From an uncultured Bacteroidota bacterium (lineage in GTDB: Bacteria; Bacteroidota; Bacteroidia; Flavobacteriales; Flavobacteriaceae), in the NCBI GenBank assembly GCA_902631125.1, contig CACOXF010000001.1:53052-117051 (forward strand): a stretch of 64,000 nt of DNA, given 5' to 3'. Position numbers and translations under genes: made by a program. How positions within the stretch are numbered: position 1 is the first letter of the stretch; each line of letters begins with the position of its first letter. This document shows positions 1-8,572 of this stretch, piece by piece. Under the pieces are notes generated by a model. The model searched no databases. It was not told the DNA's origin and saw only the letters and a program-made list of their open reading frames with translations.

Positions 1-1639
1 GAACCAAATAGTTTTCAATTACCTCGTCGGTTGAAAGCCAGCGCTCGAGGAGTTGTGATTGAAACTCGGTATAATCACGAACACCTCCATTGAGTGTTGG
101 ATAGCGCACTTCAGACGAAAAGAAATGAAGCGCATGTCCAAATTCATGAAAGAAGGTTATTGCATCATCCCATGAAACCAACAATGGTTCACCAGGTGCA
201 GGCTTGACAAAATTGGAGTTGTTAGAAGCCAAAACATTGGTTTTACCATCAAAAGTAGTATGGCTTCTATAGGTTGTTGCCCAAGCACCAGATCGTTTGC
301 CATCTCGTGCATAAGGGTCAAGATACCACAATCCGATGTGGTTGCCAGTCGTTTTGTCTGTCACATCCCAAACTTTTACATCCTTATGAAAAACAGGAAC
401 ACTACCCTCTGGAACTGGATTAAATTCGTAGTTAAACAATCGCCCAGCAACATAATGCATGGCATCTGTGAGCTTGTCCAACTGCAAGTATTGCTTAACC
501 TCTTCAGAGTCAAGGTCATATTTTACTCGACGCACCTTTTCTGCATAAAAACGATAATCCCAAGGCTCAATAGTAATTCCATCACCATTTTGGTCTGCGA
601 TGGCTTGCATATCGGCTACCTCCTCATCAACACGAGCAATGGCTGCTGGCCATACAGTTTCCATCAGCTTTAGCGCATTGGCTGGATTTTTGGCCATACG
701 ATTTTGCAAACGCCACGTGGGATAGTCTGGGTAACCCAACAGTTCAACGCGTTCTCTGCGAAGCTCAAGAATTTTGGCAATAATGTCCTTGTTATCATAC
801 TCATCATTGTTGTCACCACGTGAATAGTAATTGGTCCAAACAGTTTTTCGGAGCTCACGATTTGTCGAAAATGTCAAAAACGGATCCATTGATGATCGTG
901 TGTTGGTAATTGCATACTTACCCTCTTGTCCTTTTGCAGTTGCAATACGAGCAGCTGATTTGATATACCCATCTGAAAGTCCATCCAACTGGTCTTCTGT
1001 TAAATAGGTATTGTAGTTTTCCTCATCATGAAGGACATTGTTTGAAAAAGTGGTGTATAGTGATGACAACTCCCGATTAATATTAGCATAGCGTACTTTT
1101 GATATTGAGTCCATAGCAGCACCATTCATTTCAAAGCCTTTATAAATCAACTCAACAACACGCTGCTGATCATCCTCGAACGGCGTTTCTTGCGAACGCT
1201 GATAAATTATTTGAAGTCGTGAAAATAGGCGTTGGTTTTGTGTGATTTTGGCAGAGTAATTTGCAAATTGAGGAGCTAATCCAACATCAATTTCTCTAAA
1301 CTCAGGGGTAGAGATATTACTCCTCAAAATTCCATAATAACTAAAGGCACGATCTAGTGCAGCGCCCGATCGTTCCATTTCTTCAATGGTATTTTCAAAA
1401 GTTGGTTCATCAGGGTTGTTGGCGATTATTTCGATTTCGGCCAAACTCATATTCATGGCAGTAACCATGGCGTCTTGCACATCGCCAATATCAATTTGGT
1501 CAAAAGCAGGCAATCCACCATATGGACCTGTCCACTGTTGTAACAAAGGGTTTTTGACTCCTGTTTTTGTTGTGCAGGAGGTGACGATTAGACATGCAAC
1601 AAGCAATTGTGTGTTCTTGCATAATTTTTGAAATAACAT
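1..1639 (-). CDS. dcp: M3-family peptidyl-dipeptidase (Dcp-like) lipoprotein; C-terminal end runs off the left window edge
   Basis: The ORF is open to position 1, so it is missing from the ORF track. Hand translation from ATG (cat 1637-1639) gives MLFQKLCKNTQLLVACLIVTSCTTK..LLQQWTGPYGGLPAFD.. An in-frame HEFGHALH zinc motif is encoded at 125-148. Confidence 0.85.
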   Translation of the reverse strand, partial: MLFQKLCKNTQLLVACLIVTSCTTKTGVKNPLLQQWTGPYGGLPAFDQIDIGDVQDAMVTAMNMSLAEIEIIANNPDEPTFENTIEEMERSGAALDRAFSYYGILRSNISTPEFREIDVGLAPQFANYSAKITQNQRLFSRLQIIYQRSQETPFEDDQQRVVELIYKGFEMNGAAMDSISKVRYANINRELSSLYTTFSNNVLHDEENYNTYLTEDQLDGLSDGYIKSAARIATAKGQEGKYAITNTRSSMDPFLTFSTNRELRKTVWTNYYSRGDNNDEYDNKDIIAKILELRRERVELLGYPDYPTWRLQNRMAKNPANALKLMETVWPAAIARVDEEVADMQAIADQNGDGITIEPWDYRFYAEKVRRVKYDLDSEEVKQYLQLDKLTDAMHYVAGRLFNYEFNPVPEGSVPVFHKDVKVWDVTDKTTGNHIGLWYLDPYARDGKRSGAWATTYRSHTTFDGKTNVLASNNSNFVKPAPGEPLLVSWDDAITFFHEFGHALHFFSSEVRYPTLNGGVRDYTEFQSQLLERWLSTDEVIENYLV

Positions 1640-1986
1640 TTTTGTTCGTTTAGAAATGTGAACTTACAAAAATTGATCTAATTTTTATAGTAGAACACAC
1701 AAAAGCACGGGTTGGGATTAGAAGATGACTTAGATCTACAATGTACAAAGTACAATTAAGGTGAATATCGCAGAGCCAACCAAACTTGGAATAATTTAGA
1801 ATTGAGCTGGATCAACTGCTATACTTCCTAGAAAAGAACCAAAATCGTTAAAAATATATAGCGATTGGATTATGAATTTATAGATGATATTGAAAAGTAG
1901 GGCAATTGCGATGCCAAAATTGTTAAAAATAAAAGATTCATAGTGCATAAGATTAGGGTTAATATTAATAAAATTATATTGAAAAT

Positions 1987-3000
1987 TTACAAACGGTTGA
2001 GAATACGTTTGACCATAGCTGGACCTTCATACACAAAGCCTGTGTAAACTTGAAGTAGTGATGCGCCAGCCTCCAATTTTTCTATGGCGTCTTGAGGAGT
2101 ATGTATCCCCCCTACTCCTATGATTGGAAAGCTGTTTTTGCTTTTTGTGTGCAAAAATCGAATGACTTCAGTGCTTCTGTTGCGTAGTGGTTTTCCACTC
2201 AAGCCGCCAGTTTCTTTTGTAATCTCAGCGTTGGATTGCAGTCCATCTCTAGCAATTGTAGTGTTGGTCGCAATAACGCCATCAATCTTGGTGTCTGCTA
2301 CAATGTCTATAATATCTAACAGCTGTGTTTCTGTCAAGTCAGGTGCGATTTTTAACAATATAGGCTTAGGATTTTCTCTTTTATGATTTTCAATTTGTAG
2401 GGCTTTCAACAGAGCCGTCAGTGGCTTTTTTTCTTGCAGATCACGCAGGTTAAGTGTATTGGGCGAACTGACATTGACTGCAAAATAATCCACATAAGCA
2501 AACAATGCATCGAAGCAAATTAAGTAGTCATCTGTAGCTTGGTCATTTGGAGTGAATTTGTTTTTTCCAATGTTGCCACCAATGACTACATTTTTATTTC
2601 TCTTGAGTCTCTTAATTGCTGCTTCAACGCCCTGATTGTTAAAGCCCATACGATTGATAATCCCTTGGTCTGCTTGTAAACGAAACAGACGCTTTTTGGG
2701 GTTCCCATCTTGAGGCTTTGGCGTTAGCGTGCCAATCTCGATAAATCCAAATCCGAAATTGGAAAGTTCTAGGAACAATTTGGCATCCTTGTCAAAACCA
2801 GCAGCAAGACCTATTGGATTTGGAAAGCGAATACCAAACACTTCACGCTCCAACTTTGGGTGTTTCACAGTATATAAATAACGAATGATGCTCGCAACAA
2901 AAGGGATTTTATGAGTCAGTCGGATTGACGCAAAAGAGAAGTGATGAACCTTCTCAGCATCAAACAAAAACAAAATGGGACGTATGAGTTTTTTATACAT
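1987..3000 (-). CDS. pyrD: dihydroorotate dehydrogenase (quinone), class 2
   Basis: Track ORF 1987..3012. Family-typical N-terminus [19 protein letters not shown], plus GFIEIGT, NVSSPNT and GGLSG motifs. The track start 3012 is GTG; the first ATG at 3000 fits the conserved N-terminus better. Confidence 0.93.
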   Translation of the reverse strand: MYKKLIRPILFLFDAEKVHHFSFASIRLTHKIPFVASIIRYLYTVKHPKLEREVFGIRFPNPIGLAAGFDKDAKLFLELSNFGFGFIEIGTLTPKPQDGNPKKRLFRLQADQGIINRMGFNNQGVEAAIKRLKRNKNVVIGGNIGKNKFTPNDQATDDYLICFDALFAYVDYFAVNVSSPNTLNLRDLQEKKPLTALLKALQIENHKRENPKPILLKIAPDLTETQLLDIIDIVADTKIDGVIATNTTIARDGLQSNAEITKETGGLSGKPLRNRSTEVIRFLHTKSKNSFPIIGVGGIHTPQDAIEKLEAGASLLQVYTGFVYEGPAMVKRILNRL

Positions 3001-3012
3001 TTGTTTGTTCAC

Positions 3013-3038
3013 AAAAAAAGCGCCAGAGGCGCTTTTTT
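3013..3038 (-). terminator. Rho-independent terminator after yajC (symmetric, could act in both directions)
   Basis: GCGCC-AGA-GGCGC hairpin at 3020-3032, flanked by an A-run (3013-3019) and a T-run (3033-3038). It lies just after the yajC stop and only 13 nt before the pyrD ATG. Confidence 0.7.
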
Positions 3039-3040
3039 GA

Positions 3041-3334
3041 TTATTTTTTGGAGGGCGGAGATAGCTTCTGGCTAAGCTCCATGGAAATAAAACTCCGTTC
3101 CATTTTCAATTTTCCAGCCATTGTTTCCACCACACACGAATCGTTTAAGTCATTGACTTCAACAATTTTGCCATGGACACCAAATTTTGTGATGACTCGA
3201 TCACCCTTTTTCATCCTGTTTTTAAAGTTTTTCTCTTTTTTAGCTCTGCGCTGTTGAGGGAGAATCATAAAGAAAAATATGATTCCAAACATCATTAGTA
3301 AGAAAGGGAGTTGACCAGCAAATGCGCCTTCCAT
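3041..3334 (-). CDS. yajC: preprotein translocase subunit YajC
   Basis: 97 aa with one N-terminal TM segment, then [32 protein letters not shown], typical of YajC. Confidence 0.9.
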   Translation of the reverse strand: MEGAFAGQLPFLLMMFGIIFFFMILPQQRRAKKEKNFKNRMKKGDRVITKFGVHGKIVEVNDLNDSCVVETMAGKLKMERSFISMELSQKLSPPSKK

Positions 3335-3351
3335 AGTTATTGCTTAAGAAA

Positions 3352-3843
3352 TTATTGATTGTCTTGCATCGCTTGACGACGGGCTTCTCTTTGTTGCTCT
3401 TTCAAAGGGTCAGGAGTTACAAATGTTCTAATCTGAACAACTTCTCTACCCTTTTCAGTATTGGTCGTGAAAGTCACAGATCGATTGTTTGCATTGGGCT
3501 TGTTGTTCGAATCAAACTTAACAGTCACTTCAGCACTAGCCCCTGGTGCAATGGGTTGATTTTTTGGGTATTCAGGTACTGTACATCCACAACTTCCACG
3601 AGCATTAAGAATAATCAAATCTGAAGTACCAGTATTTGTAAGTGTAAATACAGTTTCTACAACATCGCCTTCGTTGATTGTACCAAAGTCATGCGACAGT
3701 TTATCAAATGTCACCACTGGACCATCAGCTGTTGGTGTTGTTGCTTCAGTAGTTTCAGCTTTGCTTTCCTTTGCTTTTTTTGATGGATCAGTCGAACAAG
3801 ATGTTACAACTGCGAGGGCTATAAGTATATGTATGTATTTCAT
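3352..3843 (-). CDS. DUF1573-family lipoprotein
   Basis: MKYIHILIALAVVTSCS lipoprotein signal from the ATG at 3843 (the track start 3861 is TTG). C-terminal beta-sandwich-like region with a GSCGCT motif. Sits in the nusB-DUF1573-yajC order common in Bacteroidota. Confidence 0.8.
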   Translation of the reverse strand: MKYIHILIALAVVTSCSTDPSKKAKESKAETTEATTPTADGPVVTFDKLSHDFGTINEGDVVETVFTLTNTGTSDLIILNARGSCGCTVPEYPKNQPIAPGASAEVTVKFDSNNKPNANNRSVTFTTNTEKGREVVQIRTFVTPDPLKEQQREARRQAMQDNQ

Positions 3844-3889
3844 GCGTCTAATTTTATACAAAGTTACACATTTCTATTGATTCTGAATA

Positions 3890-4816
3890 CTATTTGTCAG
3901 ACATACTTTTGTGCTTTATCTCTTTGGAAATCACATCCAAAATCCCATTGATAAAAGTACTGCTTTTTGGTGTTGCATATTCTTTGGCAATCTCCAAATA
4001 CTCATTGATGGTTACTTTGGAAGGGATCGATGGAAAATACAAAAACTCAGCGATAGCGAGCTTGAGCAGAATCATGTCTAATACAGCAATTCGATCTTTT
4101 TCCCAATTGGGCGTGCGCCCTACGAGATGAGCTGCAAGCTCTTCATCGTGTACAACCACCGATTCGAGTAGTTCCACTGCAAATTTTCGATCATCATCAT
4201 CTTTATAAACAGAGGTCAAAATCAGCTGTTTCGGATCACTGTCTTCATGCATATGAATCAGCGTATTTCGTAAGATTGTATTGACCAGTGGAAAGTCATC
4301 AACCCATGACGGTTTGATTTCTTCAATCAGTTCATGCAATCTGTCATAAGGTGCAATAACATCTGTAAAAAGTGTAATGAGTGCATTTTTATCAGAGGAA
4401 AAACTTGATTGGCCTTCAGCCAGATATGCTGCATAAGCGTCACTGGCAGCAATGTGATCCCAAATCAGGCGAACATACTCATCATGATTTTGCCAATGGG
4501 TTATCTTTAGTTGATTAGTATATTTTTTTAGAGTCTCGCTACTAGTGATTTTTGTTATGGCGAGATTGGAAAAGAATTTTGGATTGAGCTGATTGGAATT
4601 TGCTTCTAGATATTGCTTTTTGACAAGTTTGTGAAGCGAATGACCACAGGACTGAACCTCGATAAACATGTTGAGTAAAAACAGATACAATTCAAAGAAA
4701 CCTTCATTACTACTCTGCAATTGTTTTTGCGCTACCTCAAGGTCAAAAGGTTGGCGCATGGTATTTGCATAAAGCTGTTGCATTACTTTCACTCGCAAAT
4801 GTCGTCTGGTCAGCAT
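3890..4816 (-). CDS. nusB: transcription antitermination factor NusB (long Bacteroidota form)
   Basis: N-terminus MLTRRHLRVKVMQQLY. C-terminal NusB core ..DRIAVLDMILLKLAIAEFLYF..IPSKVTINEYLEIAKEY... Confidence 0.88.
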   Translation of the reverse strand: MLTRRHLRVKVMQQLYANTMRQPFDLEVAQKQLQSSNEGFFELYLFLLNMFIEVQSCGHSLHKLVKKQYLEANSNQLNPKFFSNLAITKITSSETLKKYTNQLKITHWQNHDEYVRLIWDHIAASDAYAAYLAEGQSSFSSDKNALITLFTDVIAPYDRLHELIEEIKPSWVDDFPLVNTILRNTLIHMHEDSDPKQLILTSVYKDDDDRKFAVELLESVVVHDEELAAHLVGRTPNWEKDRIAVLDMILLKLAIAEFLYFPSIPSKVTINEYLEIAKEYATPKSSTFINGILDVISKEIKHKSMSDK

Positions 4817-4888
4817 GTCAAAGATTTCATAATCCGCAACAAAAATACACTTATTAATGGTTTGATGTTAAGGCATGATAATTAAATC

Positions 4889-6667
4889 TTGCACACTATC
4901 TTTGAAAAACAGAATTTCAAAAAATTGCGCGCACTTCAATATCTCAATAAGTATCTCTACAGGTACAGGATCCGTCTTGTACTCGGATTGTTTTTTACAA
5001 TCGCTGCCAAGGTATTTGCAGTCGTTGCGCCGAGTTTGGTTGGTGATTCAATCACTGAAGTCAATCGGTACCTCAGCGACCCTTCAGCTAATTTTGAACA
5101 AACCAAAAGTATCTTAATTCAAAACATAGCCCTTATTGTAGGAGCAGCACTGTTATCAGGATTATTTACCTTCACAATGCGTCAAACCATTATCAATGTA
5201 TCACGATTTATAGAGTTTGATCTTAAAAATGAAATTTATCAACACTATCAACGCTTGAGTATAAACTTTTACAAAAACAACCGTACTGGTGATTTGATGA
5301 ATCGAATTAGCGAAGATGTGTCGAAGGTGCGCATGTATTTTGGCCCCGCACTGATGTACAGCATCAACACAGTTGCACTATTTGTAATTGTCATCTCATA
5401 CATGGTCAGTGTTGCGCCTACCCTTTCGATGTATGCGTTGGCACCACTCCCTTTTCTGTCGATTGCCATCTATCAGTTGAGCCGATCGATTCACAAGCGC
5501 AGCACTATTGTGCAACAATATCTCTCCAAGCTTTCTGCTTTCACTCAGGAGATGTTCAGTGGTATTGGAATCATCAAAGCCAATGCGATTGAACCTACCG
5601 CTAATAATAAAATGGGGGCTTTGGCATTGGGGAGTATGTCCAAAAACATGCACCTGGTTCAAGTACAGGCATGGTTTTTCCCCTTGATGATACTGTTGAT
5701 TGGCTTATCCAATGTTTTGGTCATATTTATTGGAGGGAGTCAATTTATCAATGGGCAGATTGAATTGGGAACATTAGCTGAGTTTATCATTTATATAAAC
5801 ATGCTCACATGGCCTGTTGCTACTGTAGGTTGGGTTACATCGATTGTTCAACAAGCTGAGGCTTCTCAAAACCGAATCAATGAGTTTTTGGGACAAGAGC
5901 CAGAGATTGTCAGTCCGAAAGATGGTCAGAAACTTCAGTCCTTCAGCATCACATTTGAGGATGTATCTTTTTCTTATTATGAGGGTCGAGAGGAAGTTTT
6001 GAAAGAAGTAAACTTTACATTAGAATCAGGAAAAACACTAGCAATTTTGGGTCGAACAGGTTGTGGAAAATCAACACTTTTACAGCTGATCACAAGAATG
6101 TATGACGTTAGTTCTGGTATTGTCAAAATTGGTGGCATTGATGTCCGTAAACTCAATCTCAATGATTTGAGAAATCATATTGGTTCTGTACCACAAGAGG
6201 CATTTCTTTTTTCAGACAGCCTTGAAAACAACATCCGATTTGGAAATGCTGAAGCAACAAAAGATGAGATCGAAAACGCAACCAAACAAGCTGCTGTTCA
6301 CAACAGCATTTTGAATTTTACTGACGGCTATCAAACTGTTATTGGAGAGAGAGGCGTATCACTTTCTGGTGGGCAAAAGCAGCGTATGTCTATTGCGAGG
6401 GCTTTGGTCAAGCAACCTCAAATTTTGCTATTTGATGATTCTTTTTCAGCAGTGGACACCCAAACTGAAGAGACCATTTTACAACACCTCAGATCGATGT
6501 CATTCCAATCGACAACCATCGTTGTTTGTCATCGAGTATCTTCAGCCAAAAATGCAGACTACATTCTGGTCATGGACCAAGGTCGTGTGACCCAATTTGG
6601 TAAGCATGAATCACTGGTAAACAAGCCAGGATATTATTCAGAGTTGTGTAAAAAGCAACTCAAATAG
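4889..6667 (+). CDS. ABC transporter, fused permease/ATP-binding protein (MsbA/multidrug-exporter type)
   Basis: Six-TM N-terminal half. Walker A GRTGCGKST, signature LSGGQKQR, Walker B ILLFDDS. There is no in-frame ATG near the 5' end, so the start must be TTG (4889 or 4925). Confidence 0.9.
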   Translation: MHTIFEKQNFKKLRALQYLNKYLYRYRIRLVLGLFFTIAAKVFAVVAPSLVGDSITEVNRYLSDPSANFEQTKSILIQNIALIVGAALLSGLFTFTMRQTIINVSRFIEFDLKNEIYQHYQRLSINFYKNNRTGDLMNRISEDVSKVRMYFGPALMYSINTVALFVIVISYMVSVAPTLSMYALAPLPFLSIAIYQLSRSIHKRSTIVQQYLSKLSAFTQEMFSGIGIIKANAIEPTANNKMGALALGSMSKNMHLVQVQAWFFPLMILLIGLSNVLVIFIGGSQFINGQIELGTLAEFIIYINMLTWPVATVGWVTSIVQQAEASQNRINEFLGQEPEIVSPKDGQKLQSFSITFEDVSFSYYEGREEVLKEVNFTLESGKTLAILGRTGCGKSTLLQLITRMYDVSSGIVKIGGIDVRKLNLNDLRNHIGSVPQEAFLFSDSLENNIRFGNAEATKDEIENATKQAAVHNSILNFTDGYQTVIGERGVSLSGGQKQRMSIARALVKQPQILLFDDSFSAVDTQTEETILQHLRSMSFQSTTIVVCHRVSSAKNADYILVMDQGRVTQFGKHESLVNKPGYYSELCKKQLK

Positions 6668-7026
6668 CTTGTTATTGCCAATAAAATTCCTTAATTCATA
6701 AAATCACAATCCCAAAGATTACTAAGATTGCTGTTAAAAAACATCATAGTCTGATATCCCGCCGATTTAAGTGCTGCCACAAAACTTATTTTTGATGTAT
6801 TTGAAAACATTTGTGGAGATCATTACCTCAAGCTGATCTAAAGCATTCGCAATAAAAATTCTACCTAGAACAACCAAATTTTTTTTGTGAAATCATCCAT
6901 ATCAATGAAGAATCACTTCATGAATTTTAAGCACACATCAAAGACTATATTCGCACGATAGACGAAAGGGATGAAACCAAGCACTCAATAAATTCTTGAA
7001 GAACAGACAAGGACGAATGATATTTG

Positions 7027-7034
7027 TATTTTTG
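7027..7034 (+). promoter_or_regulatory. Bacteroidota -7 promoter box (TAnnTTTG)
   Basis: TATTTTTG lies 9 nt upstream of the ATG at 7044 and matches the established TAnnTTTG sigma-A -7 consensus of Bacteroidota. Confidence 0.35.
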
Positions 7035-7043
7035 TAAAAAAAT

Positions 7044-7601
7044 ATGGCACGAACACATTCTAATATGTTGCCTTTGGGCACAAAGTCGCCTTCTTTTGAA
7101 CTGCTAGATACAGTAAGTGGGCTAACTCTATCTCTCGATCAAATCCATGGGAAAGAAGGAACAGTAGTGATGTTTATCTGCAATCACTGTCCATTTGTAA
7201 AACATATCTTTACAGGCATCACCGACCTTGCAAACGATTATCAAGATAAAGGCTTTGCTTTTGTAGCGATTTCGAGCAATGATGTTGAAAATTATCCTGA
7301 TGATGCACCTGAATTAATGACAGAAGTTGCGGCCGAAAAGAACTTTCCTTTCCCTTATCTCTTTGATGAAAGTCAGGAGGTTGCACGTGCATATGATGCT
7401 GCTTGTACACCTGATTTTTACATCTTTGACAGTAGTAAAGCATTGGTTTATCGTGGTCAGTTGGATGATTCTCGACCTGAAAACGGAATTCCAGTCACTG
7501 GAAAAGACATTCGATCGGCACTTGACGCAATGACTAATCAAAAGGAAATTTCTAGACTGCAAAAGCCAAGCATTGGCTGTAACATCAAGTGGAAGAGCTA
7601 G
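7044..7601 (+). CDS. thioredoxin-fold thiol-disulfide oxidoreductase (AhpC/TSA-like redoxin family)
   Basis: 185 aa. CxxC motif (FICNHCPFV) in a thioredoxin-fold context (..GKEGTVVMF.. ..FAFVAISSND..). Confidence 0.75.
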   Translation: MARTHSNMLPLGTKSPSFELLDTVSGLTLSLDQIHGKEGTVVMFICNHCPFVKHIFTGITDLANDYQDKGFAFVAISSNDVENYPDDAPELMTEVAAEKNFPFPYLFDESQEVARAYDAACTPDFYIFDSSKALVYRGQLDDSRPENGIPVTGKDIRSALDAMTNQKEISRLQKPSIGCNIKWKS

Positions 7602-8530
7602 CTTACTGCTACCAGTTCAACATCAAATATTAAAGCTGCGTCTGGGGGAATTACACCACCAGCACCTCTAGACCCATACGCCAAATCTGATGGGATCAGA
7701 AAACGAGCCTTATCCCCAACTTTAAGTAAAGAAACACCTTCGTCCCAACCAGTAATGACCTGTCCTTGACCTAGGACAAAATCGATTGGTTGCTGTCTCT
7801 TGTAAGATGAATCGAATACAGTGCCGTCGAGAAGTTCGCCTTTGTAATGAACAGAAACTTTTTTGCCTGCAGAAGCTTGCTCTCCTGCCCCCTCTTGTAC
7901 AATTTTATAATGCAAACCACTCTCTGTTTGTGAAAAACCCTTTGTGATTTTTTGAAGCTCTTTTGCTTGTTTTTCCTTTTGCTCTTCTATGCGTTTATGC
8001 GCCAATTCGTTGAACTTTTGAAAGGCTGCAACAGCATCCCAATTCTTTGCATCTTTCCCAACGCGTTTAATCTCTATTTTATCAATCGAATCTTCTTGAT
8101 CGATAGAGTCAACAACGGATTGACCCTCAATTACAGCACCAAAAACAGTGTGTTTTCCATTAAGCCATGGGGTAGATACATGTGTGATAAAAAATTGACT
8201 TCCATTAGTTCCGGGACCAGAGTTGGCCATCGACAGTATACCTGGCTTATCATGTCGTAAATTGGCATTGATTTCATCATCAAACTGATAACCAGGTCCC
8301 CCAACTCCACTTCCCTGTGGACATCCTCCTTGGATCATAAAATCAGGGATCACTCGATGAAAATTTAATCCATCGTAATAGGGTGTGCCGTCTGTCTTCA
8401 CGTCGTTGGGCAGAGTCCCCTCTGCCAGACCTACAAAATTGCCTACAGTAGCAGGTGTTTCTTTGTAATGAAGTTGAATAATAATTATGCCTTTTTGCGT
8501 GTGAATTGATGCGTAAATTCCGTTTGTCAT
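7598..8530 (-). CDS. dual-domain peptidyl-prolyl isomerase: N-terminal cyclophilin fused to C-terminal FKBP
   Basis: Cyclophilin motifs FHRVIPDFMIQGG and SMANSGPGTNGSQFFIT. A charged helical linker follows. FKBP motifs VHYKGELLDGTVFDSS, GWDEG and LIFDVELV. Confidence 0.9.
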   Translation of the reverse strand: MTNGIYASIHTQKGIIIIQLHYKETPATVGNFVGLAEGTLPNDVKTDGTPYYDGLNFHRVIPDFMIQGGCPQGSGVGGPGYQFDDEINANLRHDKPGILSMANSGPGTNGSQFFITHVSTPWLNGKHTVFGAVIEGQSVVDSIDQEDSIDKIEIKRVGKDAKNWDAVAAFQKFNELAHKRIEEQKEKQAKELQKITKGFSQTESGLHYKIVQEGAGEQASAGKKVSVHYKGELLDGTVFDSSYKRQQPIDFVLGQGQVITGWDEGVSLLKVGDKARFLIPSDLAYGSRGAGGVIPPDAALIFDVELVAVS

Positions 8531-8572
8531 GTCAATTTATTAGTTGGCAAATATAGAGAAAAAGAAAAGAGG

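Noticed and set aside
260-1631. Track ORFs 260..673(+), 670..858(-) and 1386..1631(+)
   Set aside because: All lie inside, antisense to or out of frame with the long edge-truncated Dcp-like ORF. That ORF has a clear signal peptide and an HEFGH motif, whereas these translations are low-complexity and match no family.
1796-1948. 50-codon hydrophobic ORF (MHYESFIFNNFGIAIALLFNIIYKF..) on the minus strand between dcp and pyrD
   Set aside because: It is below the track cutoff, has no recognisable family, and is the kind of ORF that AT-rich spacers generate. Not called without conservation or expression data.
7598-7601. Convergent genes sharing a palindromic CTAG for both stop codons, and the analogous TTAA at 35695-35698
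   Set aside because: This is a real but trivial consequence of compact convergent genes. There is no functional implication that I can support.
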